Positions 51,233 to 63,083 of a stretch of 64,000 bases of DNA are shown here, one piece after another. A program made the translations under genes and the position numbers. How positions within the stretch are numbered: the stretch's first letter is position 1; each line of letters opens with the position of its first letter. The notes under the pieces are model-generated. The model did not search any database. It saw nothing but the letters and a program-made list of their open reading frames with translations, and had not been told where the DNA came from. The DNA is from Camelus ferus (lineage: Eukaryota), in contig NC_045696.1 in the NCBI RefSeq assembly GCF_009834535.1, positions 109,866,001-109,930,000 of the forward strand. Direction: 5' to 3'.

Positions 51233-51415
51233 TTTTTAATTGATGTATAGTCAGTGTCAATTCCTGGCGTACAGTATAATGTTTAAATACATAAGACATC
51301 TATTTGTTTTTGTATTCTTTTTCATTATAGGTTACTATGAGATATTGAATATAGTTCCCTGTGCTCTACAGAAGAAACTTATTGTTTGTCTATTTTATAT
51401 ATAGTAGTTAGTATT
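51233..51415 (-). mobile_element. Young L1 3' UTR fragment
   Basis: Perfect TSD gagcatgggattttt at 51218-51232 and 51416-51430; gatattgaatatagttccctgtgct. Confidence 0.9.
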
Positions 51416-52512
51416 GAGCATGGGATTTTTAATTACTTACAAGTGGTCAGAAAAATCCTGAGACCATTCCATGTTTTCAACCAGGGGCAGGAAACAGTAT
51501 TTACCTCCCACTGAACATGTTAAAAGGGACTTTGGAAGAGGTTCCTTCCAAACCAAAGCTGCTTCTGTAACTATACCTCGTGGGTCCCTCCTGTTCAACG
51601 CATCACGGCTGACATCCATCGCACGCCCATCACTGTGCTTGGAACACAGCAGGCACTCAACAATGTGTGGATTTATTTATTTACTCCTCATCCCTCTTGG
51701 ACCTCCAGGTCCTGGAGGCCGAGAATCTTGACCCCTTTAATATCTGAATTCCATAGTGCCTGGTGCAGAGTAGACCCACATTCAATGCCTGATGAATGAA
51801 CAGAATGAAACTGAATTCTGGGCCAGCCCCTGGCAGCTGCTATGACAAAGGTTACACTGTGGAGCCTGCTGGTGAGGAAGGGGGTGGGGCCGGCACACGC
51901 CAGCATCACTAAGATTCTGTACTTACATGTGACACTAATTACACCCACAGGCTGAGGAGCTGCAGCCTAATCTCCTACACTGACAAAGCCATTTCCCACT
52001 CATGTTATTCTCCTTAAATTTCAAAAGGGTCAGAGCCATGATGGCAGGTGTAATTATCTCCCGCTTCTTAGCAGATATGGAGGCTGAAGGTGGGAGAGAT
52101 TAGAGACCCGTGCAAAGTATTTGGTGAGACTGGATGGGACTCAGGACCCCTGACTCCAAACTCAAGTGCTCACCTAAAACCCGAAGCCATAGAAGATGCA
52201 TCTGAGAGGGAAAAGGAGGGGGTGGGTTCTCCCATCACAACTGGAAGCAGGAGAGAATAAGACTTGCTGGAGAATATATGCAGTCTCAGGGCAAAGTGAA
52301 ATTTTATGGTTGGTTTATAATCCTTAGGAAAATGGGAGCTGCCGTGGAAATTCTGACATGAATGGAGTGACTGCGGGGCGGCATGCAGCGCGTGGCTGGC
52401 CTCTCAGGATCAGGGTGGCTTCGGCAGTGAAGGGATAATTATATGCATCCAGAACTTGGCACAAACCGCGTTTTGCAGCTGGGTGACCAGGTATGCAAGA
52501 CAGTTTCTGGAG

Positions 52513-52530
52513 CAGCCAGAAGGTGGCGCC
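52513..52530 (+). promoter_or_regulatory. Candidate CTCF site
   Basis: cagCCAGAAGGTGGCGCc has one mismatch to the CCASYAGRKGGCRS core and lies in non-repeat sequence that retains CpGs. Confidence 0.5.
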
Positions 52531-52789
52531 ACTTGCCAAGAGAACCCAGTCAGAGGCAGCACCTGGGACTCCCCCACCTCCACGGGGCCGTTCTGATTTG
52601 GCCTGGAGACCACTCTTGGATTTCTGCCACAAAGTGGGATGCTGCCCAGACACCAAGGGTCCATTTCTGATTGCCCCTGTGTAACTGCTAATTCCTTCAC
52701 TCCAGATGCTGCAGAGTTGGCTGGGCAGATGGTAACAGGAGGGCCTTGCAATCCAAGCAGTTGTTACCATTTTAACCACTACAAACAAA

Positions 52790-53045
52790 GACCTTAATTA
52801 CTCCCACAGCTTATCTCATGCTTGCCGTGGCCAGGCGCTATGCTACGTGCTCTAAGTGAATTATTTAATTCCCAGGACAATCTTGTAGAGTAAATATTAT
52901 TATCCATCTTTTACAGATGAGAACGTTGAAATTCAGAGAAGTTAAGAAATTTGTTTTACATTATAAAGTTGGTCAGTGGCAAAGTCAGAATTTGAATTTG
53001 GTTCTTTCAGATTCTGTAGCTTTTACATTAATCACTGTGATGTAC
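52790..53045 (-). mobile_element. MIR SINE
   Basis: ccaggcgctatgcta...tattattatccatcttttacagatgagaac...cagagaagttaag. Confidence 0.78.
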
Positions 53046-54212
53046 TATCTCTGTCTTCCTCCCTCTCTCCCTCCCTGCCATGTGTCTGGAACTGTGCCGG
53101 GTACTAGATTCAGAACCGGTCCTTCAGACCACATCCCGCTCCTGGGAATTAATGAGCACCGCGGGTGGTGGGAGCTGCCATGGCGGTCTGCCTGAAAATG
53201 GAAAGAGGGTTCACTTGGATCAGGCACCACCTTTAGGTCAGGCAAGATGCTGGGGGCTGCTCAAGTTGGAACTTCCAGGTGTCCATTGGTTTAATTTAAT
53301 CTGGGTTTTGAAATCTGGAATCAGGTGTGAGCTTTGAGTTCTCTCAGTGGCCCTCTGTCTAGCCAGCTTCTCCCTTCACTGCCAGTTAGCAAGACCTGGG
53401 GCAAATTCTGGCAGGTATATGGGGGGCAGTGTCAATAAAACTGCTTTATCAGTGCTGGGGCACAGGCCACCGCCCGACCTTCTGAAATGAGGGAGGCGGC
53501 CAGTGGTGTGCTGAACATTCCTGTTGCAGTGGGCCAACCAGCAGAGCCACGGAGGATTAGAGAACCAGCCTCCAGGGACGGCTGCTCCTTCGTTCCCTCC
53601 GCTGTGTCGGGGTGATGAGGAACGGTGACAGAAAGACCCAGGGCCCAAGGCTTGGGAGGTCAGAGCGTTCCACCCTCTCATTTTATAGATGAGGAGCCCA
53701 GAGCAAAAGGGATTTGCTGCCGGGCACACAGCCAATTAGCAACAAGCTGTACTGGCCTCTGCATGTCCACGGAGGGCCTGGTAAAGTAACACCCTGCTCT
53801 CTGGAGTCATGAGAGGGAATCTGGACGATTCCCTGTGTGTCTGCAGGGAGATGCCAGTTTGACCCAATCTCTTCATTTAACAGCCGGGGAAACTGAGGTT
53901 CAGAAAGGTGGAGTAACTTGTCTAAGATCACGGAGTCATTTAGTGACATTTACTGTCCAACAATGGCATATACTGTCTCCACTATATGAACAGTACTCTC
54001 TCTGGTCTCTGTACCAAGGCGTTCCTGTCTGAACCCCAAGCTCTGTGTGGTTTCATAGGATCTGGGATCTGATATCAAGTGAAAAAGGGAGTGAGGGTGA
54101 AGTGGATAAAGTGCAGAAATTTTGGCATTTCTGGAACCTTTAAAAATGACATTTGAGGAAATAGGATAAACTGTTGGAAATCATGACTATAATGTGATAA
54201 AAATAATAGCTG

Positions 54213-54620
54213 CTGTTGTGGGTTGAATTGTGTACCGCCCCCAAAATACGTTGAAGTCCTAACCTCCAGTGAATACCCATATAGGCAACCGTATTTGGAA
54301 ATAAGATTTTTTGCAGATGTAGTCAAGTTAAGATGAGGTCATCAGGGTGGGCCCTAGGTCAGTGTGACTCCGTGTTTGCATAAAAGGAATATTCAAACCC
54401 AGACACCAGGGAGAAGGAAGGCAGAGATTGAAGTAATAACATCTACAAGCCAAGAAATGCCAAGGATGGCCGGCTGCCACCAGAAGCCCACAGAAGGATC
54501 CAACTCTGCTGACACCTAGATTTCCAACGTCCAGCCTCCAGAACCATGAGGGAGTAAGTTTCTGTTGTTTGAAGCCACCCCATTGGTGGTACTTTGCTAT
54601 GGGCAAGCCCAGCACACACA
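54213..54620 (+). mobile_element. MLT1B/C-like MaLR LTR
   Basis: tgttgtgggttgaattgtg...tatttggaaataag...agttaagatgaggtcat...cagcctccagaaccatgag. Confidence 0.85.
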
Positions 54621-55199
54621 TATAAGCTACCTCTTATGAACTAATGACCTTGCTGGGCACGGCTGTTTGTGGATTTAATCAGTTTTTACTGTGCGTCTCC
54701 TCTGTGCCAGGCGCTGTCCGGGGCACCAGAGAAAGATCGGGGAGTAGCGGTCAAGTTCCTGCCTTCCTGAAGCTTACTTTCTAACTCCCTTGCACTAGCC
54801 CCCAGGGTCCTCACAACAGTTCTGTGAAACCGGGCTCATCCCCCCTCAACTGGAAATAAGGAAATTGACACTTGGGGGTTAGCAGCCAGGCCAGGACCTC
54901 ACGTCTGGTCAGGACAAAGCAGGGCCTGGACTGGGCTGGGTCTGTGGCCACCACCTGGTCCTTCTCCATCACTGTTCTATCTCATTTACAGCTCAGGTGC
55001 ATTTCTGCTTCCCGGGGAGAGAAGGCGAGACAGGGAGGAGTGTGGGGCCCCAGCATCTCTGAGGACAGGGTGGGCCCTGCCTCCAAAAGAAACTGCGCCT
55101 TGGCCCTGGCCTGGAGGGGCCCTGCAGAGCCACGTGTGGGACCCCGGGCACGGCAGCTCTGTCTCCAAGCCCCCTCTCCCTCCTGCAGCCAAGGGCAAG

Positions 55200-55592
55200 G
55201 AGGCTACGGAAGCCCAGTTGGGGATCGTATCTGAACAGAGGCAAGGATGCTCTGCAAACACACTCAACACCCCCTTCCAGCTGGCAGCGAGGGGGACTAC
55301 TGTTCACCAAGGACGGCTCTAGGCCTGTTTCATCCTCCTGTTCACTGGGTAGAAACTGTGATACCCAGTCGTCAACGTGCCTCCAGTTCCTGACAGCATC
55401 AAATGCAGAACCAGTCCTTGTTCTTAACTTCCCCTGAATCTCTCAGCACGAGCCCAAACCTCACAGCAAGCGCCTCCAATCCCTCTGTCTGACATGTCCC
55501 AGGTTCCCCCAGAGGGATTCTCTCTTGCTGCAGCAAGTGAATAAAGTTTGTCTCCCTACCAGTGTCTCCCAGTGGTCTGCCTGGCTGTAACA
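55200..55592 (+). mobile_element. ERVL-type LTR (MER54/74-like)
   Basis: ccagttcctgacagcatc...ttgctgcagcaagtgaataaagtttg...ctggctgtaaca end. Confidence 0.5.
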
Positions 55593-56251
55593 GGTGACCC
55601 CTTGGGGGTCAGCACTGGGGGCCCCTCCCACTGGGTGTGGCCTCTCACCTATGGATAAACCCTCAGCTCTTCAAGGGGCCTGTGGATCTAGGCAGTGATG
55701 GGAGGTGATCACCTCTGCAGGGAACCGGCACCCCAGCCCAGAGGAACCTCTGACGAAGGTGTGCATTTCTGGAGGACCCCGACTCCCTGTGATGCGGAGG
55801 AACACAGCGGGGAGCTCCTCAACTCTGCTCAGATAGAGGTTCTGCCTCCAGGGCTGACTGCTCAGCACATTTTTTTCTGAGCATTAAAAGTCACTGAAAA
55901 AGAAAAATAGGAGCCCCTGGGGGGGCTGCACCATTCCTGGCAGCCAGGCTATTAAACTTTCAAGTCGCAGTGCTGAGCTGTCTGATGAGCTGGAAGGCGC
56001 CCAACCTCTCGTGTCCTCGCTACGGCAGTTAGTTCCAGTTAGAGCGAGCTCGGGTGACGATCAATCATTTTTTTTTTTTTTGGCAGTTTCTCCCAAATTA
56101 AAAGAGGCAGAGAAGCAGAGAAAAAGAAGGCACATCCCAGAGTTTAAACTCCTCACAGAGATCGGCCCTTGCTGATTATGACTCTCTTATCGAACAGTCG
56201 GCACTCAAGTTATCCCCAGGTCCTGTTTACTCTTTAGGGTCTGCAGTCTTT

Positions 56252-57761
56252 TATATAAACAGTTCATACAATTAAATAGCAACAAAACAAAACAACCCAG
56301 TCCAAAAATGGGCAGAAGATCTAAACAAGTGATTCTCCAGTGAAGACATACAAATGGCCAATAGGCACATGAAAAAATGCTCAGCATCGCTAATTGTCAG
56401 AGAAATGCAGATCAAAACTATAATGAGTTATCACCTCACACCAGTCAGAATGGCCATCATTCAAAAGTTCACAAGCGATAAATGCTGGAGAGGCTGTGGA
56501 GAAAAGGGAACCCTCCTACACTGCTGGTGGGAATGTAGTTTGGTGCAGCCATTATGGAAAACAGTATGGAGATTCCTCAGAAAACTAAAAGCAGAGTTAC
56601 TATATGACCCGGCAATCCCACTCCTGGGCATATATTCAGAGGGAACCCTAATTCAAAAACATACATTCAAAAAGATACATATATAATGTGTATATGCAGT
56701 CGAACTGTAATTAAAAAAGAAAGATACATACACGCCACTATGGAGGACAGTATGGAGGCTCCTTAAAAAACTGAAAATAGACTTACCATGTAATCCAGCA
56801 ATCCCATTCCTGGGCATATACCTGGAGAATAATAAAATTCAAAAAGACACATGCACCCCAATGTCTTATAGCAGCATTGCTTACAAGAGCCAAGACATGG
56901 AAACAACCCAAATGTCCATCAACAGATGGCTGGATAAAGAAGATACATGCAATGGAACACTACTCAGCCATAAAAAAGTATAAAATAATGCCATTTTCAG
57001 CAACATGGATGGACCTGAAAATCGTCATTCTAAGTAAAGTGGGCTGGAAAGAGAAAGAAAAATGCCATATGATATCACTTATAGGTAGAATCTTAAAAAA
57101 AAAAAAAAAAGACATGAAATGAAAAAAATAGCCTCAAACCAAAAAGACACCTGCACCTCAATGTTCACAGCAGCACCATATACAATAGCCAAGACATGGA
57201 AACAACCCAAATGTTCATCAATGGATGACTGGATAAAGAAGCTGTGGTATATTTATACAATGGAATACTACTCAGCCATAAAAAAGAATAAAATAATGCT
57301 ATTTGCAGCAACATGGATGGACCTGGAGATTATTATTCTAAGTGAAGTAAGCCAGATAGAGAAAGAAAAATGCTATATGGTATCACTTATATGTGGGATC
57401 TTAAAAAAGAAAGAAAGAAAGAAAGAAAAAAGAGGACACTAATGAGCTCATCTACAAAACAGAAACAGACTCACAGACATAGTAAACAATCTTATGGTTA
57501 CTGGGGGAAACAGGGTGGGAAGGGATAAATCTGAGAGTTTGAGATTTGCAAATGTTAACCACAATATATAAAAATAGATAAAAATCAGATTTCTTCTGTA
57601 TAGCACAGGGAACTATATTCAATATCTTGTAATAACCTATAATGAAAAAGAATATGAAAACAAATATATGTATATATATACATATATATATGTATGACTG
57701 GAACATTATACTATACACCAGATATTGACACATTATAACTGACTATATTTCAATTAAAAAT
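56252..57761 (+). mobile_element. Mosaic of L1 3' segments (ORF2 C-terminus plus 3' UTR)
   Basis: ORF-track peptides [35 protein letters not shown] and TWKQPKCPSTDGWIKK are the L1 ORF2p C-terminus; the block ends in caattaaaaa. Confidence 0.92.
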
Positions 57762-57889
57762 AATTAGTTTAACAGGAGGCTTCTAATAATGTTTTGGGGG
57801 CAGATACAACTCTGAATTGGTCTGGCTGAAACATTAACTCAAAATTAATTAATTTCTGTGGCCCTCAGGGTTTTTTGTCTATAAAATGG

Positions 57890-58252
57890 GTATCCTCTAC
57901 CCCAATTTGTATGTTGAAATCCTAACCCCGAGTACCTCAGAATGTGACTGCATTTGGAGAGAGGGCCTCTAAAGAGAAGATTAAGTCAAAATGAGGCCAT
58001 GAGTGTGGGCCCCAGTCTGATATGAATGGTGTCCTTATAAGAAGAGGAAATTTGGACACAGATGTAGAGAGAAAACCATGTGAAGATACAGGGAGAAGAC
58101 AGCCATCTCTAAGGCAAGGAGTGAGGCCACAGAGGGAACCTGCAGCCGCCTTGATCTCAGCCGTCCAGCCTCCAGGGCTGAGAAAATAAGTTCCTGTTAT
58201 TTAAGCCCCCAGTCCGTGGTACTTGGTTATGGTGGCCCTAGTGGACTGGACA
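57890..58252 (+). mobile_element. MLT1A/B-like MaLR LTR
   Basis: tgttgaaatcctaacccc...tgtccttataagaagagg...cagccatctctaaggcaagg...cagcctccag. Confidence 0.82.
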
Positions 58253-59771
58253 GTGGGCACACCCCCATCTTTCTGGGAACACAGACATTGTGGAGAGGAT
58301 CCAATGAAACGGTGGGTGACAGTTCTTGTTAATACTTGCTGCTGTCATATGGACTCCAGGGTTGTACCTGCGGCCTATTCACAGTAAAGGTGCACGTTAA
58401 CCTCCATGAGTCTTAGCAGAGGGCAGGATTCTGTGAGGAGACACTGGAGGGGAACGTGTAGAACCCCACAGTGCCTGTGCCTGCCCCAGGGGGTGGCTGG
58501 GAGCTGGGCAAGTCACCCAGGGGTTAGGGGCTGCCCACGGCATTCAGTGCAGGGCCTGGCTCACCCTGGGGTGTGGACTCAGGTGAGGGCCCACAGGCCT
58601 GCTCCCAGGTACCTGCAGGAGCCCACCTCCCACCAGGAGCAATTCGGTCTGCAGACAGAGCTCCTAAGGGGCAGGGACAGGGACTTCACACCTCACAGTC
58701 ACCCAGGGGAGAGCCACGCTCACCTTCACTGTGTCTATAAACCAGTGCTGGTAAGAACCATGCCCGCCCCAGGTAACAATCAGTTCATTTGTCAGATAAC
58801 CTTCTTCTGAGTCGGGGCCTGAACAGTGAGTGGGCCCTTACCTGGAGGGGTGGGAGCTGATGCAGAGGCACCGTTAGAGGCTGGGGGTGAGCCCTGGATG
58901 CGCTCTGAGCAGCAGGGAATGGGGAGTGAGGGTGGGCTGGGTGCTGAGGGCGGGAGGCGGGCAGGTGGGCAGTGAGAACTCCCAGCAGGTGGGTACTTTG
59001 CCTCCTGTGGAACTTTTCCCGAAGTCTCCTGGGTTGAGGGGCCTTTCTAATGTCATTTCTCTCTCCACGCTGTAGTGTTTCCCCTAAGACTTACTTAGAT
59101 GGTTATTCACTAGTCCTGGAAATAAATAAATAAAAATTACCCGTTGTTTTCCAATAGCAGGTCGGTTTTGTGATGGCGTTCCCACTCCCAGTGCCTGGCT
59201 TTTCATTACCTACTGATAACGGCTGAAATAACTTCTCACTTCTGCTGAATAATGCATTTGTGACAGTCAGCTCTACCAGCGTTTACAGGCAGATAAATGA
59301 GTCTATGCGCTTTTCCCCAGCCAGATGATGACTATAAACTAGGTTTTATTTTCCTAAATTGAGTCCTCAACTTTGGTGGATCAGCATAAACCATCCCCTG
59401 GGGGACGCACGGGGCCCCCTGGATTATGTTCTGCTGGGTTCAGCCGTTCTTTCGAGAACTCCCCTGAAAGAGGCACCGCATCTGTCCTCGGCACCTGCCT
59501 GGATTAAGTGCTAATTTAGCTCTTCTGGAGAGTGCAGGCCATTAGGAGCTCTTTCCTGTTGCTCTTGTACAGGGGGATTAAATTTTGTCAGGTTTTTGTT
59601 TTGGGAAGAGCCGTCTCCCCCCTAACCCCTCCATGGGGAGTAGAAAGGTTTGGTGCTTCTGTGAGGCTGTGTGACCTTCGCCGGCCCTGGACCTGCTGGA
59701 ACATCCTCCACACCCTCTGGGGTCCTCAGTCACAAGTCATGGCAGGAGCCTTATTTCCAATTTCATTTTCT

Positions 59772-59827
59772 CCCTTCCTTTCTCCCTCCCTCCCTCCCTC
59801 CCTTCCTTCCTTTCTTAATTTCTTTCC

Positions 59828-59910
<83 letters not shown>

Positions 59911-59911
59911 T

Positions 59912-59963
<52 letters not shown>

Positions 59964-59966
59964 TCC
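59772..59966. repeat. (CCCT)/(CCTT)/(TTTC)n microsatellite, the expanded tail of a tiny antisense L1 3' end (~59967-60014)
   Basis: About 35 TTTC units, followed by ttgaagtatagttagttacaatgtgtcagtttctgg; TSD aat(t/c)tcattttct. Confidence 0.92.
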
Positions 59967-60578
59967 TTGAAGTATAGTTAGTTACAATGTGTCAGTTTCT
60001 GGTATACAGCATAATAATCTCATTTTCTTTTCAGGTAAAACATTCTAACCGTGCAAAAAAGTATAGAGCCAAAGCGAGCTTGCACCTATCCCTGTCCCCA
60101 GTCACCAGCTCTCTCATCACAATCACACCCTGTGACCATGTTGTGTGTGCTTTCAGACAGTCTGCCCTCCCATCTTTCCTTTCTTTCTTTCAAACCTCAA
60201 AGAGCAGCACAGCATAGATGGATTTTACAGCCTGCTTTTTAACTGGAAAACATATATATGGGTGCTCTTTCCCCATCAGTACATAATGAGCTTCCTTGTG
60301 TCTTCCGGCTGTAGAGGATTCTGCTGTGTCATTAGCTTTGTGGGCATTTAGGCTGTTTCCAGTATTTCACTTCTGGTGTGGGGTTTGAAGGACCCTCTTT
60401 GCCCCTAACTTCAGGGTTCTGGTTTGAAACCTTGCGCCTGTCCGGCGTCTGTATTCAGCCCTCGCAGCGCAGCCGCTGTTGGCTGCCTGTTGTGTGCTGT
60501 GCACACTCAGCTCAGCACCAGACTCTCGGATGAGAGAGTGAGGGAGGCGGGGCAGAGCCCAGGGAGAGCTTGGTGCTT

Positions 60579-61230
60579 GTGCTGAGAACTAAAAGCCTAC
60601 ACCACCCAGCCCCGGCGCTAGGGGACCTGACCGAACTCTAGCTGGCTTCTGTCCATCCAGACCATGTCCCTAGGATGACCCCAGCTCCCTTAAAATGCCT
60701 GCCCAAGAAAGCTCAGGCTGCCAAAAGAATTTACTGTTCTGGCCAAAACCTGACAAGAGGCCCCTGAGCTACATTTTCTTAGGCAAACTTGGAATTGTAA
60801 ACCCTTTCTCTACCCCTTTGAGATAGAAATCTCCTACAACCCAGAATGTATCCTCTAGGACCTGGGAGCCATCTCTGTGCAATGCAGACACCTGGGGAGA
60901 TAGCGCCCCCATCTCCGGGTTCCTGGGGGAGGGTACGATGCTTTGCAGGGAGTGGCGGAGGTCTCCTTGTTCCAGTTTGCTCCTGTTACAAAGATGGGAG
61001 AAGGGTGTTTCTCCTCTGGTTAAGCGCCGATCAGCAAACACCAACAGCTGGATCACACAGACCACCCAGCTTACCCTCCTTCAGCGCTTTCCTTTAGCAC
61101 ACCCCAGCGTGCCTAGACACTAACAAAAGCCTCTGTTTCAGCAGAGGTGAGCTCAGTTCTCCTCTGAAGTCCCTACCCACTACTGCCGTAGTCTGAATAA
61201 AACCCATCGTGCTGATTTTAACAAGTGGGA
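60579..61230 (+). mobile_element. ERV1-type LTR (MER89/MER90-like)
   Basis: ccctaggatgacccc...gaaagctcaggctgccaaaagaatttac...ggacctgggagccat...tgaataaaac. Confidence 0.6.
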
Positions 61231-61614
61231 AGTCAACCCCGTGCAGATTGCCCTGCAGACTGGTCATGCCTGGTCCTGACTCCCAACTTGGTCCCCGCTG
61301 GGCCCCGGGGTGAAGGGCCACCCTCTGGCACATTCCTTGGGTCTCACATTCCATCTCCATTTTCTGAGGCAGCCTCACTGAGACCTGATCAAGACCCCAC
61401 TCCTTCTCTAAACTGCTGCAGCATCTGGGGGTTGAGCCACCCATGAATTCATATAGGTAAACAGTCATTTGTGTTACTATTCTCTTCACGTCTGCGTCTT
61501 CTCATTTATTCAATTCCACAGACTTTAATTGGATTTTGATTATGCACCCAGTAATTTACATACATTATTTCATTTAATACCCATGGACCAATCCTATGAG
61601 GTAGATATTCTCTC

Positions 61615-63041
61615 TTGATTTTTATTATGAGAAGTTCAAACATATATGAAGAGAGCGAATGGTATAATGAACCCTCGTATACCCATCGCCAGTTTCAGTG
61701 GTTATAAACACATGGCCTGTTTTGTTTCACCAAAATCCCCTCACATTTCCATTCAGCCCCAGATTATTTTAAACAAATCCTAGACATATTATTTCTTCTT
61801 CAGATATTTCAGTATGAATTGCTAAATTATAAAAATTCTTTTAAAAAACCATATAACTTCTACAAATCTAAAAGTTATATTGCATCTTAAAGTTAACAGC
61901 AGTTCCTCAGTATCATCAGGTACCCAGTTTCTCTTCCCTCAGTTGATGTATTTTTTTTTAACAATTTCTTTGAATAGTGGTCCAAATAAAGCCCATTTCA
62001 GTGGGTTGATATGTCAAATTAATCTCTTTCAACTTGTAGATTTCCCCATCTCCCTTTTTTCCCTCTTGCGATTTTTGCTTGTTGAAAAAATTGGATGTTT
62101 GGTCCTGTAGTTTCTCACAGTCTGAATGTGCTGATTGCATCTCTGTGCTGCCAGTTTACGCATTCATCTGATCTCTGTGTTTCCTGTAAACTAGGAGTTC
62201 TATCTTGAGGCTTAATCACTTGTAATTTTCTTTTTTCTTTTTACTTTTTACTTTTTTTTCCTCTTGGCATGACTACTTCATAGGTGATGTTTTGTGCTCC
62301 ACCAGAGGGTGTGTGTCTGCTGGTCCCTCTTTTCGTGATATTAGCATCCATTTGATGATTGCTATTGCCTAGATCTAGTATTTTATTATGGTTTCAAAAT
62401 GGTGATATTCAAAGCTTGTTTTATGAATTCATTTTAATGATAAATGTAAATAAAACTCATAATTACATTATTACCTGTTCTTTGGCTGTAATAGTTTATA
62501 AAAAGACATTTCCTTTTTTCCACTCTGTTTTATTTTTTTAACCATGATGTAATTACAAGTCTTATAGGAAAGACAGGAAAAATGCCTGGTTCTTCCTCAT
62601 TATCTACCAGTTTTCATAAAAAATGAGATGGTTTCCCAGCTGACTCCAAGGTAACTAATTAGTGAGATTTTGGGGGAGGGGTGTTATACTGAACTCAGAG
62701 ATTTCAACATATTTGATGTGTTTCAATCTATCGTAGTTAATATTCTTATTGACTATTAGCCATCTTTAACTAGTGTGAGTTTGTTCTAATGGCTCTTAAG
62801 TCCTTAAATGTTTCTCTAGTAGTTCTTTATAGTTTTCTTGGTTTCTCAGACTCCTCTTATATATTTCCTGCCCCCAAACCTAAATCCAGCTATTTCCTTA
62901 TGGAGTTTCTGTTCTTGTAGTGAAAGATGGTGCTTAGAGCAAAATCTCAGGCTAAAAATGCTCAGTACCACTGGGCTGACTGTCGTTTCTAGGTCTTTAA
63001 CTAACTAGGGCTAGGAAATGAGTGTGTGTATATATATATAT

Positions 63042-63083
<42 letters not shown>

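Noticed and set aside
50686..51243. 185-aa plus-strand ORF
   Set aside because: No recognisable homology, and it ends inside an L1 polyT tail.
56354..57442. ORFs of 110, 81 and 107 aa with Cys/Trp-rich motifs
   Set aside because: They are fragments of the L1 ORF2p C-terminus in truncated elements, not host genes.
59532..59981. 149-aa ORF with FLSF repeats resembling a membrane protein
   Set aside because: It is the translation of the (TTTC)n microsatellite.
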